This document shows positions 1-8,483 of a stretch of 64,000 nt of DNA, piece by piece. Below the pieces are notes generated by a model. That model was given only the letters and a program-made list of their open reading frames with translations. It ran no database searches and was not told where the DNA came from. This stretch comes from a virus (lineage: Duplodnaviria > Caudoviricetes), in the IMG/VR virus record IMGVR_UViG_3300001199_000006, positions 12,561-76,560 of that record. The stretch is one strand, 5' to 3'. The position numbers and the translations under genes were made by a program. How positions within the stretch are numbered: position 1 is the first letter of the stretch; the number at the start of each line of letters is the position of its first letter.

Positions 1-13
1 GTGTGGGTCGCGG

Positions 14-1750
14 TCATGTTTCAGAGGGAGGGGCTAGGAAGTATTGACGGATGAACGCGTTGCGCGCGTCCTCGGTTTCCAGGCGAGTGAACTCGACCAT
101 CGCGCGGAGCCGCGCCACGTCTAGCGCACGCTTCGCTTCGATGGTTGCGCGCGACAAGAACAGCTCCAGGTCCGCGCGCCACTGCAAAATCGTGATCTGG
201 TTGCCCGTGTACGTCTGCTGGACCTCGACGATGCCTCGCCCCGTCAGCATCAGCAGGGCCTTGTCGAAGATGTGGACCGACACCCCGGCCTGCTCGCGCA
301 CGGCTTGCTTGTTGACGTGGATGTGGACCAAGCGCTCGGTCGGATGCTCCAGGGTGTAGGGCTTGACGTACCGGACCCACAACATCTCGGCCACCTTGCG
401 TAGCTGAGGCTGCGTCAGCTCACGCAGCGAGCGCTCGAACAGCACGGCGTCGATCACGATCGGCGTACCGGCATCGACCGGTCGCTTCTCGATCAGGGCC
501 TTCGAGTGCATGGCGCTGAGGATCCCGCCGACCTGTGCAGGCGTCACCTTCTCGCGCATGTCCGTCGTCACAGCCTCGGCGATCGTCACGAGCGTGCGCT
601 TGAGCACCTCGCCCGGTCCCATCATGCGGTGCAACCACTCCCACACGACGCCGTACAAGCGCCAGGGCGGGTTCTCTTCCTCGATCAGCGTGAACTGGAA
701 GTTGATCGACCAGGCATCCACGATCAGGACCGCCACACTCGGTAGTCCGTCGCGACCCGCACGTCCGCACTGTTGCACCATCGCTTCGATCGAACCCGGG
801 ATCCCGAGGTTGATGACGGTGCGGATGTTCGGCACGTCCACGCCCATGCCGAAGGCGATGGTGGCGCAGACAATCGGAGTCGCGCCGCTCTTGAACTCGT
901 TCTGCACGCGCTCGCGCTCGTCCTTGTTCATGCCAGCGTGATAGAACGCGGCCAGCCCGCCACCGCGCTCGCGCTTCACAGCCTCGACCGCCTTCTCCGC
1001 CGCGCTCCGCGTGCAGGTGTAGACGATGTGTCGGCCGCCGGGATCCAGGCCCCGCACCCACTCACCCAAGAGCCGGAAGCTCGCACCCTCGGCCGCGTCC
1101 TCGACCACGTACTTGATGTTCGGCCGGATCGGGTCCGCCACGACCATCGCGAAGTCGGGGCGCATCCCGAGGCTGCTGCGGATGTCCTCGACCACCTTGC
1201 TCGTCGCCGTCGCGGTCAAGGCGAGGATCGGCGGGCGTTCTCCGCCCTTGCGCGTCAGCGCCTTGACCAGGCGGTTGATCCGCATGTAGTCGGGGCGGAA
1301 GTCGTGGCCGTACTCGGAACAGCAGTGCGCCTCGTCGCAGACCACGTACGAGACCTGCGCCCGCGCGATGTCGGTCAGGAACGTCTTGGAGTTGAACCGC
1401 TCCGGGGCCACGTACAGGAGCTTGTACCGGCCCGCGATGAAGTCGGCGATCCGCTCCGCCCGCTCGTCGTCATCGACGTGCGAATTGATGTAGGTGGCGG
1501 GCACGCGACGTCGCGCGCAGTCATCGACCTGGTCCTTCATCAGGGCGATGAGCGGCGTGATTACGATCGCACCGCCATCCTTCAACAGCGCGGGTATCTG
1601 AAAGCACGCGCTCTTGCCTGCCGAGGTTGGCAGCACGGCGATGACGTCGTTGTCAGCCAGGGCCAACTCGATCACCGCTCGTTGCGACTTCCGGAAGTCG
1701 TCGTAGCCCCAATGCTCCTTGAGAGCTTGCCGCGCGCGTGTGATGTTCAC
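14..1750 (-). CDS. recQ: RecQ-family ATP-dependent DNA helicase
   Basis: Motifs LPTSAGKS, ITPLIALMKDQV, LLYVAPERF, DEAHC, ALTATAT, YHAGM, ATIAFGMGVD, QQCGRAGRDG. Start moved to GTG at 1750, which overlaps the upstream stop (GTGA). Confidence 0.92.
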   Translation of the reverse strand: MNITRARQALKEHWGYDDFRKSQRAVIELALADNDVIAVLPTSAGKSACFQIPALLKDGGAIVITPLIALMKDQVDDCARRRVPATYINSHVDDDERAERIADFIAGRYKLLYVAPERFNSKTFLTDIARAQVSYVVCDEAHCCSEYGHDFRPDYMRINRLVKALTRKGGERPPILALTATATSKVVEDIRSSLGMRPDFAMVVADPIRPNIKYVVEDAAEGASFRLLGEWVRGLDPGGRHIVYTCTRSAAEKAVEAVKRERGGGLAAFYHAGMNKDERERVQNEFKSGATPIVCATIAFGMGVDVPNIRTVINLGIPGSIEAMVQQCGRAGRDGLPSVAVLIVDAWSINFQFTLIEEENPPWRLYGVVWEWLHRMMGPGEVLKRTLVTIAEAVTTDMREKVTPAQVGGILSAMHSKALIEKRPVDAGTPIVIDAVLFERSLRELTQPQLRKVAEMLWVRYVKPYTLEHPTERLVHIHVNKQAVREQAGVSVHIFDKALLMLTGRGIVEVQQTYTGNQITILQWRADLELFLSRATIEAKRALDVARLRAMVEFTRLETEDARNAFIRQYFLAPPSET

Positions 1751-1899
1751 GGGTCCGAGCAGTCCCGGGTGTACCCGCAGTTCAGGCAGACGAGCTTGCA
1801 GTGCCGCGCGACGAGCGAGGTCGAGCCACACACCCAGCAGCCTTCGCGCGTGTCTGCGCTGGGATCGACCCACGAAGGGTCAGGATCGTGTAGGTCCAT
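1747..1899 (-). CDS. 50-aa zinc-ribbon microprotein (not in ORF track)
   Basis: Read by hand: MDLHDPDPSWVDPSADTREGCWVCGSTSLVARHCKLVCLNCGYTRDCSDP*; CxxC...CxxC; stop overlaps recQ start. Confidence 0.65.
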   Translation of the reverse strand: MDLHDPDPSWVDPSADTREGCWVCGSTSLVARHCKLVCLNCGYTRDCSDP

Positions 1900-1900
1900 T

Positions 1901-2093
1901 TCACTCACGCCGTTGCTCCTCGCGCTCGTCGAGCGCGTCCGTCACGTAGTCCATCGTGCGCCGACGCGCGCGCTCGGACAACGGCAACAGATACCCGGTC
2001 GTCAGCACGAGGGCCCCGCGTGGCGGGATCGTCCAAGGCAGCCTTGAGCGCCCTCGCTTCGGTTTCGTCGCGGACCTCGATCTCGACCTTCAT
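1901..2093 (-). pseudogene. Small gene with apparent single-base frameshift
   Basis: MKVEIEVRDETEARALKAALDDPATR continues with better codon bias in another frame (ALVLTTGYLLPLSERARRRTMDYVTDALDEREEQRRE*) after a GGGG run near 2012-2020. Confidence 0.4.
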
Positions 2094-2443
2094 TGACACG
2101 CCTCCAGCTTCGCCAGTGCTTCCAGGATCCGGGTTTGAACACGCTGCCGCACTCGTGCGTTGACCGGGAACGCGAGGTCCCTGAACTTGCGCTGAGGTTG
2201 CGCATTGAGCAGGGCTCCGCACGCGTTGCAGTAGTTGCTGCTGATGCGATTCACGCACGGGCAGGCGTGGCAACGCTCCGTGAACTCCTCGCACGGCATC
2301 GCCAGGAACCGTGACCCGTCAGGGCGTTCGATCACCCGGATGCTGCGGATCACCCACTCGTCGCCGAGCGTCACCTGTCCGTAGGCTCGGACATGCGCTT
2401 CTCGCGCCGCTTGTACCAACTCGACCGCCGTGATCTCGACCAT
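2090..2443 (-). CDS. spoVG: SpoVG-family nucleic-acid-binding protein with zinc-ribbon insertion
   Basis: MVEITAV...VRAYGQVTLGDEWVIRSIRVIE...FLAMP...[CHAC..YCNACG]...FRDLAFPVNARVRQRVQTRILEA follows the SpoVG pattern. Confidence 0.8.
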   Translation of the reverse strand: MVEITAVELVQAAREAHVRAYGQVTLGDEWVIRSIRVIERPDGSRFLAMPCEEFTERCHACPCVNRISSNYCNACGALLNAQPQRKFRDLAFPVNARVRQRVQTRILEALAKLEACQ

Positions 2444-2465
2444 GCTGCAACCCTCGGTGTGAGGG

Positions 2466-2681
2466 TCAAGCATGCTCGACGCGCGCACGGATGTCTAGTC
2501 TTCGCGCGGGGATTCCGAAACTCGCCGTCAGCTCAGAAAGAACTTCTGACAGGTTGACGATCAGCTCGGCGCTCACCTCGCGCGCAAGGCGTAGCTGGTA
2601 CGTGAGGCTTTCGGCACAGGCGTTGAGGTCGTCCTCTGCGTGACAGCCGCCGCAGCGTCCACAGTCATGCCCCGTGCTCAT
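2466..2681 (-). CDS. Hypothetical protein (CxxCxxC at N-terminus)
   Basis: 71-aa ORF filling the gap between neighbours. Confidence 0.45.
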   Translation of the reverse strand: MSTGHDCGRCGGCHAEDDLNACAESLTYQLRLAREVSAELIVNLSEVLSELTASFGIPARRLDIRARVEHA

Positions 2682-3336
2682 AGCGCCTCCTGACGTTCTC
2701 TGCTCCCATCGAGCGCAGACGTTCCTCTGATTTTTTTAGCCCTAAATGGTGGGCCTTCGACACCACGCTCTTGACGCTGCGACCGAGCATCTTGGCGATC
2801 GAGACGTTCGCGGTCCCCGCGTACTCACGCTTGAGCAGCGTCAGCTCGGACGGCGTCCAGCGCGGCATCACGGTCACCAAGCCGAGGGGTGCGAGCATGC
2901 CCTTGCTTTTGCGAAGCTGGAACCGCTGCGCGGCCTCCTCGATGTTGACCTGCGTGATGGCGAAGACGGCGATGAGGTCCGAGTCGAGTACGCTCGGGTA
3001 GCAGCGCTTGAAGTCCTCTTCGTGTTCGCGTCGGAGCGGTCCATCCAGTGCAGCGGATCGCAGTGCCTCCACGCGTCGGTCCAGCTCTTCCTGCGACACG
3101 ACGAGCCGTCGTGCGATCTCCAGGCGCGATGCGCGTCGCATCAACCCCGCGCGCACGATGGAGTCGTCCAACGCGCTCCACTCGACAGCCCGCGTGGTGA
3201 ACTGCTTCACCGCTTGCCGGTGAACGCACTCGACTGTGCGTCCGATGTGGCTTGCGATCCAGGTCGCCGGGCGACGACCGTAGTAGCGCTTGAGCAGGTT
3301 GATGGTGTGCTCAGACCAACGTCCTCGTCCCGTCAT
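2665..3336 (-). CDS. Myb/SANT-like HTH repeat DNA-binding protein
   Basis: Repeated W(S/T)xxE/DxxLLxxxY...IAxxLGRS/TVxxVxxxA units, e.g. WTPSELTLLKREY...IAKMLGRSVKSVVSKAHHLGL. Confidence 0.7.
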   Translation of the reverse strand: MTGRGRWSEHTINLLKRYYGRRPATWIASHIGRTVECVHRQAVKQFTTRAVEWSALDDSIVRAGLMRRASRLEIARRLVVSQEELDRRVEALRSAALDGPLRREHEEDFKRCYPSVLDSDLIAVFAITQVNIEEAAQRFQLRKSKGMLAPLGLVTVMPRWTPSELTLLKREYAGTANVSIAKMLGRSVKSVVSKAHHLGLKKSEERLRSMGAENVRRRYEHGA

Positions 3337-3402
3337 AGTGGGCCAAGGATAGGCACGAGGTCCCGCACGGACAACTCGTTTAGGAGAACGCTTACCGACG
3401 GG

Positions 3403-3447
3403 GAAAAGAACGCGCCCGTCTGCGGGGGTCAGCCGCAGACGGGCGCG
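3403..3447 (-). terminator. Rho-independent terminator
   Basis: Perfect 15-bp stem CGCGCCCGTCTGCGG/CCGCAGACGGGCGCG (3411-3447), 7-nt loop, followed on the minus strand by TTCTTTTC, just after the stop at 3466. Confidence 0.8.
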
Positions 3448-3465
3448 AGAGCGAACGTCGAAAGT

Positions 3466-4095
3466 TCAGGGGGTTTCCGGCACGTTCGGCGGGAACGCCT
3501 CACGCAGCGCCTCGACCACCTGCCCGAGACGGCGAGCGGCCTCGCGCGAAGATTCACCCTCGCGCTGCTCGACCTTGGCCGTCACGGTCACGGGCTGTAG
3601 CGGTCCGTCCGTCGTACCCTCCCTGTCCGGGTCGTGCTTCCACGACACTTCGAGCACGATCCCGGTGCCGGTCAAGTAGCTGGTGGACGACGTCGGTAGC
3701 GTGAATGGTGTGCGCGGTGCGCCGAGTGACACGCCGAGCGATTCACTGACGTTCGGCGGGTACAGCTCCATCATCGCATCCACGGCTTCCCTGAACGCCT
3801 TGGACCAATTCCTGATCGACTGGTTGGGGCGACGCTCCAGGCGCACCGTGATCTTGCGCACAGGAGAGCCGTCCTCGGCGTCCCAATCCCACGAGACTTC
3901 CATCGAGTCACCCGCAGGAGCGGCCGGAGACCAGGTCGAGCTGGACGAGCTGCCAGGCAGGCCGAAGTACGAGACGGACTGATTCCCGACCGACAGGGTC
4001 AGGCCCGCGTGCTGCTCGCTGTAGACGAGACGCTGTGCGGAAGCGTTCAGCACTCCGAGCAGGAGCGCGAGCGCCAGAAAGAGTAGACGACGCAT
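3466..4095 (-). CDS. Secreted protein with internally duplicated ~55-aa domain
   Basis: Signal peptide MRRLLFLALALLLGVLNASA; two EVSW...TV...R...V(D/E)A..E.(Y/F)PPNV units. Confidence 0.75.
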   Translation of the reverse strand: MRRLLFLALALLLGVLNASAQRLVYSEQHAGLTLSVGNQSVSYFGLPGSSSSSTWSPAAPAGDSMEVSWDWDAEDGSPVRKITVRLERRPNQSIRNWSKAFREAVDAMMELYPPNVSESLGVSLGAPRTPFTLPTSSTSYLTGTGIVLEVSWKHDPDREGTTDGPLQPVTVTAKVEQREGESSREAARRLGQVVEALREAFPPNVPETP

Positions 4096-4181
4096 GAGTG
4101 AGTCCTTTGCTTTTTCAGGGGTCAGCTTCCGGTCCCGAAGTGAGGCCGCCAAAGCTCAACGCGCCGAGGTCCCTCCGGCGC

Positions 4182-4196
4182 TTGACACGGTGTCAA
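4182..4196. repeat. Dispersed palindrome copy 1 (TTGACACGGTGTCAA)
   Basis: Intergenic, upstream of the secreted-protein gene. Confidence 0.9.
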
Positions 4197-4294
4197 ACGC
4201 AACACGATCTCCGGATCTCGCCTGAGCGCGCGCATTCATCAAACCCTATCCCGGCGTGTAGAAAGCCGCAATAGGGTTTCCCCGGAAGTGCGAG

Positions 4295-4870
4295 CTAACC
4301 CGCCAGGAGCGCGTGGGAAGCCGCGTAGACGCGGTTTCGACCTTGCCGCTTGGCCGCGTACAGCGCTTGGTCGGCACGGCGCAGCGTGTGCGCTGCCGCG
4401 CCTGGGGCCAGCTCCGCCACTCCGGCACTGATCGTCACGGCACGTCCGAGGTCAGGAATCACCGAGGCTTCCAGGCGCTCGCGCAAACGCTCCGCGACCT
4501 GCGCGGCCTCTGTCTCGGGCGCACCCGGGCACAGCACGATGAACTCCTCACCGCCCCACCGGCACACTTCGTCGCTCGCGCGCACGCCAAGGACGAAGAG
4601 CTGCGCGGCCGACCGTAGCACTACGTCACCGACGTCGTGCCCGTGAGTGTCGTTGACCAACTTGAAGTGGTCGATGTCGAGCAGGATCACGGACGTGCGT
4701 CGATCGGCGCGCGCTTCTTGCGCGAGCCGCTCCTCGACGAAGCGCCGGTTCCACAACCCGGTCAGCGGATCGGTGCGCAACGCCCTGGAGAGCGCGATCA
4801 CCTCCGACCGTAGACGATCGACTTCCAGCACGAGCTGCGTCCGCGACAGATCATCAGGCTGCATGTTCAT
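4295..4870 (-). CDS. Diguanylate cyclase (stand-alone GGDEF domain)
   Basis: TDPLTGLWNRR, ILLDIDHFKLVNDTHGHDVGD, RASD-x5-GGEEF, TISAGVA, ADQALYAAKRQGRNRV. Confidence 0.95.
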   Translation of the reverse strand: MNMQPDDLSRTQLVLEVDRLRSEVIALSRALRTDPLTGLWNRRFVEERLAQEARADRRTSVILLDIDHFKLVNDTHGHDVGDVVLRSAAQLFVLGVRASDEVCRWGGEEFIVLCPGAPETEAAQVAERLRERLEASVIPDLGRAVTISAGVAELAPGAAAHTLRRADQALYAAKRQGRNRVYAASHALLAG

Positions 4871-4877
4871 GGCTCCA

Positions 4878-5090
4878 TCAGGAAGTTCGACGCACTTCCC
4901 AGCGTTCGCAATCGTCCTGCGACAACTCGACCGGTGACTCGATCACTCCGAACGGGAACTCGCGCGTCTCGGGCAAGTCGAAGCGTGAGCACGTCGAATC
5001 CAAGTAGCCGCGCTTGACCCATGTCCAGGTGAAGCCGCGAGGCCAGCTCGTCGCCGTGGGCGGTCGGTACAGGAGGCCGTAGCGCGTCAC
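4878..5090 (-). CDS. Small protein resembling the DarA C-terminal domain
   Basis: YGLLYRPP...PRGF...FGVIESPVELSQDDCERWEV resembles the YG..RP...P.GF...G.ieY..eL...e...yel pattern; recalled similarity only. Confidence 0.45.
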   Translation of the reverse strand: MTRYGLLYRPPTATSWPRGFTWTWVKRGYLDSTCSRFDLPETREFPFGVIESPVELSQDDCERWEVRRTS

Positions 5091-5692
5091 CGCACGGCTC
5101 CCCCGCACGACGACTCGGTCACGACCACGGCGCTGCCCTTGGTGATGCGCGCGCGTTCGAGTCCCGGGATGTCCGAGGTCCACTGCCCGAGCGTGAAGTT
5201 CGGCAGCACCTCGCCGTCGATCTCAGGATGGTACCGGCGCTGTTCGGGCGCGAGCTGTGCCGCCAGATCCGCCGACATCCAGCCGATCACGAACCACTCG
5301 CCCTCGACGTCGTCGAACTGGTAGTGACGACCAAGCGAGCGCGTCGAGCCCGGGTTCCGGACGTACGACGGCGGGAGCGCACCGGACACGGCGAACCGCT
5401 CTTCGACCGACGCCCGCTCGCCGCGATCGTACGCCGGGCACCCCGGCGACACCGGGCGCGTCAACTTGTAGCGCACGGCCGGATAGACCGTGCGGCCGAT
5501 CGCGAGGTCGAAGACCCCGAGGATCTCGACCTCGGGGATGCGGCGCAGATAGGTGAGCAGCGCGTGGTGGTACGGGTTCATGGCGTGGTTCATCGACGAA
5601 GAAGGATGCGGCACTTGAGCTATAGCGGGGCAAGACAGTTCCGGCACTTGGCAGGCGCGCCGTCGTGCTCGGATGTCAGTGGGCGGCATCAT
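5087..5692 (-). CDS. Hypothetical protein
   Basis: Coupled ORF; start ATG at 5692 overlaps the upstream stop. Confidence 0.65.
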   Translation of the reverse strand: MMPPTDIRARRRACQVPELSCPAIAQVPHPSSSMNHAMNPYHHALLTYLRRIPEVEILGVFDLAIGRTVYPAVRYKLTRPVSPGCPAYDRGERASVEERFAVSGALPPSYVRNPGSTRSLGRHYQFDDVEGEWFVIGWMSADLAAQLAPEQRRYHPEIDGEVLPNFTLGQWTSDIPGLERARITKGSAVVVTESSCGGAVR

Positions 5693-5862
5693 CGAATCCG
5701 CTCGCGGAACTCGGTGACCGCGCGCCCCAGCGCGTAGCCCGCGCGCCCGACGACGTGCGGCGGGACCGTCGTCCAGGCCATCAGCACGTCCGTGCGACCT
5801 GTGCGGAACCACAGCGCGAAGGACTGCGACACGTTGACCGGGTTCAGGTACTTGCGGTTCAT
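5689..5862 (-). CDS. 57-aa hypothetical protein (not in ORF track)
   Basis: MNRKYLNPVNVSQSFALWFRTGRTDVLMAWTTVPPHVVGRAGYALGRAVTEFRERIR*; ATGA coupling at both ends. Confidence 0.6.
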   Translation of the reverse strand: MNRKYLNPVNVSQSFALWFRTGRTDVLMAWTTVPPHVVGRAGYALGRAVTEFRERIR

Positions 5863-6161
5863 GCCGCCGCCTCGATCGGGAACGCGCCGTTGTTGGTGCT
5901 GAACTCGCGGATCGGCCAGCCCTTCGCGTTGGTCACGCGCGGGACGACGATCTCACGTCCCTCCGCGTACGCGATCTCACCCGAGCCCGCGTACGTCAGG
6001 GCCTTGCCCAAGCGCACGCGCAGGCTTGACCCGTTGACGCGCACGACCTCGGCCTGCGCGACGTAGTGGCGGTGGCTGTGCGTCCACCGCGCCTCGACGA
6101 TCTGCCCGGGCTGGAGCGCGGACTCGAACGTGATCTGTTCCAGGAACCAGTTGTCGTTCAT
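5859..6161 (-). CDS. Hypothetical protein (beta-rich)
   Basis: MNDNWFLEQ...; coupled to the downstream gene. Confidence 0.65.
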   Translation of the reverse strand: MNDNWFLEQITFESALQPGQIVEARWTHSHRHYVAQAEVVRVNGSSLRVRLGKALTYAGSGEIAYAEGREIVVPRVTNAKGWPIREFSTNNGAFPIEAAA

Positions 6162-6168
6162 GGGCGAG

Positions 6169-6381
6169 CTATCGGCTGACCTTGGCGTCGGGCTTGAGCC
6201 TTTCCGCCCACCAAAGTCCCATCGAGCCCCGCACCTCGTACCACAGCCGCACGCGGTCGCCGACGGCCCCATCGCGGAGCCCGTCCCAGCCTGCACGAAG
6301 AAAATGCACGGTGCCGTCGTCGCACAGGACGCGCTGGAAGCCGTCGGCCCGTACCTCGGTGATCGCTCCGTCCTTCGTCAT
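6169..6381 (-). CDS. Small OB-fold/cold-shock-like protein
   Basis: GAITEVRADGFQRVLCDDGTVHFL...GAVGDRVRLWYEV, an OB-like strand pattern. Confidence 0.5.
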   Translation of the reverse strand: MTKDGAITEVRADGFQRVLCDDGTVHFLRAGWDGLRDGAVGDRVRLWYEVRGSMGLWWAERLKPDAKVSR

Positions 6382-6394
6382 CGCGTCTTCCTCT

Positions 6395-7900
6395 TCATGC
6401 ACTCTCTCCTGGTTTGCGCACCTTGACCATGATGGTCGAGACCCCGGTCCCCGCCTCCTCGAACGCGCCGTCCGGGAGTTTCTCGATCTCGGCCTTGTGC
6501 TCGGCCAGGAACTTCGTGAGCACGCCGTAGCGGCCGTCCCGGCGCGTCGCGGCGCTCGCCGACATCACCGAGACCAGCACGCCGCCCGGCTTCACGAAGC
6601 GCCAGGCGCGGAGAACGTGCTCGACCTCCTGCGCGCCAGCGAACGGCGGGTTCATCACGACGGCGTCGTAGGACCCGAACTCCACGGGCAAGGCGGTGAA
6701 GAAGTCCAAGGGCAGGACCGTCACGCCGGGCTCGCCCTCTTGCTCGACACGCCGCGCCAGGTGTCCGAGCATCTCGATCCCGTGCGGATCGTTCTCGACC
6801 GCCGTGATGTCGCGGACCCGAGCGCGCAAGAGCGCGCGCACGATCGCGCCCTCCCCGGCCGAGGGCTCCAGGACGCGCGAGTGTGTGTCGAGGTGGGCGG
6901 CTTCGACCAGCTTGTCCGCGACCTCGGCGGGTGTGTAGAAGGCTTGACGCGCCTGCTTCTCGGTCCGGGCCAATGCGAAGGTCGTCGGACGCCGTGCTTC
7001 CTGCGCCTGCTTCTCGGCCGCAGCCCCGCGCGGCGGCGGGAGCGCGCCCGGGTAGCGCCGCGCCATGATGAGGTTCATAGCATCGACGTGCTCGGGGTTG
7101 GTGATGCGGACGTGCGTCGTGCCGACTCGGAATATCTTGATCCGCATCAGTGGCTCGGCGTCGGGGCCGAGCGGGCTCGGGACGTCGATCCACTTCCCGA
7201 ACGGGATGGGCCCAAGCCATCGCAGCCCGACGCCGTGCCCGGACGGCGGGAGCCCCGCGAGCAGGCAGAGCACGCGTTCGAGGTCGTGCAGGCTCTCGTG
7301 ACTGGACAGCGAAGCCGTGTCACCTTGGAGCGAGCGCGGGTGCAGGTAGAACGCGTGGTTCACGATGAGCTTCTCGCCGATGCGCGTGGGCTCGTTCGTG
7401 CGGTGTTCCCAGGAGAGCGAGCGATAGACGGCCTCGACGCAGCGCTCGAAGTATTCACCACGCTGGGCGTGTACGGCCGCGATCGTGGCCTCGATGTTCT
7501 CTCGCGTCAGCGCGGGCAAGTCGGCGGGCGCGTGCTTGGTGAACCGCGCGAAGCCCCTGGACCGGTGCAGTTGCTCGAACAGTTCACCGCGCGTCTTGTG
7601 GTCCATGATCGTGTCGATCTGCGTCAACACGTACAGGCGGAGCCAGAAGTGACGGTCGATCTCCTGCTCGATCGCCGTGGCGTTGCGCGGGTCCTGGATG
7701 TCGGCGGGGTTCCCGTCGGGGAAGTGAACGCTGACACGCGGCAGCTCGACTCCGAACACGCCGACCTGCTCCTTGGCTTGGTCGAGTAGTCGCACCGACT
7801 CCTTGAAGGCCGCTTGCGCCGCGTCGCGCGCGGCGAGCAGGGCCTCGATGCTGACGGCCGAGATGATGGACGCGGCTCCGGGTGCTTGTGCAGTGGTCAT
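6395..7900 (-). CDS. DUF4942 domain fused to C-terminal N6-adenine-type DNA methyltransferase
   Basis: DUF4942-like SIEALL...RTNEPTRIGEKLIV...LHDLERVLCLLAG...MNLIMARRYPGALP; then FYTP, VLEPSAGEG (SAM motif I) and VVMNPPF (motif IV). Confidence 0.85.
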   Translation of the reverse strand: MTTAQAPGAASIISAVSIEALLAARDAAQAAFKESVRLLDQAKEQVGVFGVELPRVSVHFPDGNPADIQDPRNATAIEQEIDRHFWLRLYVLTQIDTIMDHKTRGELFEQLHRSRGFARFTKHAPADLPALTRENIEATIAAVHAQRGEYFERCVEAVYRSLSWEHRTNEPTRIGEKLIVNHAFYLHPRSLQGDTASLSSHESLHDLERVLCLLAGLPPSGHGVGLRWLGPIPFGKWIDVPSPLGPDAEPLMRIKIFRVGTTHVRITNPEHVDAMNLIMARRYPGALPPPRGAAAEKQAQEARRPTTFALARTEKQARQAFYTPAEVADKLVEAAHLDTHSRVLEPSAGEGAIVRALLRARVRDITAVENDPHGIEMLGHLARRVEQEGEPGVTVLPLDFFTALPVEFGSYDAVVMNPPFAGAQEVEHVLRAWRFVKPGGVLVSVMSASAATRRDGRYGVLTKFLAEHKAEIEKLPDGAFEEAGTGVSTIMVKVRKPGESA

Positions 7901-8097
7901 GCAGGCTCTTTCGGCTCCTCGGGCGCTTCGACTTGAGTCCGACGGTTCGGGCAGTCCAGGCTGGTGTGGACTCTGAACGAGTAGCCGAAGCAGTCGCAGT
8001 CGGCCTCGACCACGCGTCCGCCGTCGCTCCAGCGCGTGACCTTGACGCGCACGCCGTTGCGCCGCGTCACCTCCACCGAGACGGGTTTGCGCTTCAC
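7897..8097 (-). CDS. Small hypothetical protein (CxC...H...C)
   Basis: GTG start overlapping upstream TGA. Confidence 0.55.
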   Translation of the reverse strand: MKRKPVSVEVTRRNGVRVKVTRWSDGGRVVEADCDCFGYSFRVHTSLDCPNRRTQVEAPEEPKEPA

Positions 8098-8483
8098 CCG
8101 GATTCCTTCGGACGATGGCACACGCAAGCGCAACCTTGGCAGTGCGCGTGATCCGCGTCCAGACAACGTAGGCTCTTGCCGTACTTGTCGTCGCGTCGCT
8201 CCGCGTCCCGCGCCTCCTTCTCCGCTAACCGCCGTCGAGCGCGCTCCAGCTCGGCAGCCTGCTGCTCCAACGGCACGGGCGGGTCGCCCGCTCCGCCTGC
8301 CATCGCAAGTGCGTAGTACGCCGCGTGCGTCTTGTTGCAGAAGCGGCCCGCGTATCCGTACCCCATGAACACGGTGAGTTCAGGCGCGCGCCCACCGCTG
8401 TAACGCCGATAGAAGCTCGGTGTGAGCTTCTTCTTGCAGAAGCGACAGCGAGGGCGCGCCTGCATCAGAGCCTTGTGCTTCAC
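8094..8483 (-). CDS. Cys-rich hypothetical protein
   Basis: CRFC...FC and C-terminal CxxCxCxCH; GTGA coupling. Confidence 0.6.
   Translation of the reverse strand: MKHKALMQARPRCRFCKKKLTPSFYRRYSGGRAPELTVFMGYGYAGRFCNKTHAAYYALAMAGGAGDPPVPLEQQAAELERARRRLAEKEARDAERRDDKYGKSLRCLDADHAHCQGCACVCHRPKESG

Noticed and set aside
2092-2100. Half-sites such as TTGACACG (also near 19777 and 29388)
   Set aside because: The second arm is absent; expected by chance.
4182-4215. Palindrome arms acting as sigma70 -35 boxes
   Set aside because: In the copies checked (4182, 28114) no TAnnnT lies 16-18 nt downstream, and three copies are mid-CDS.
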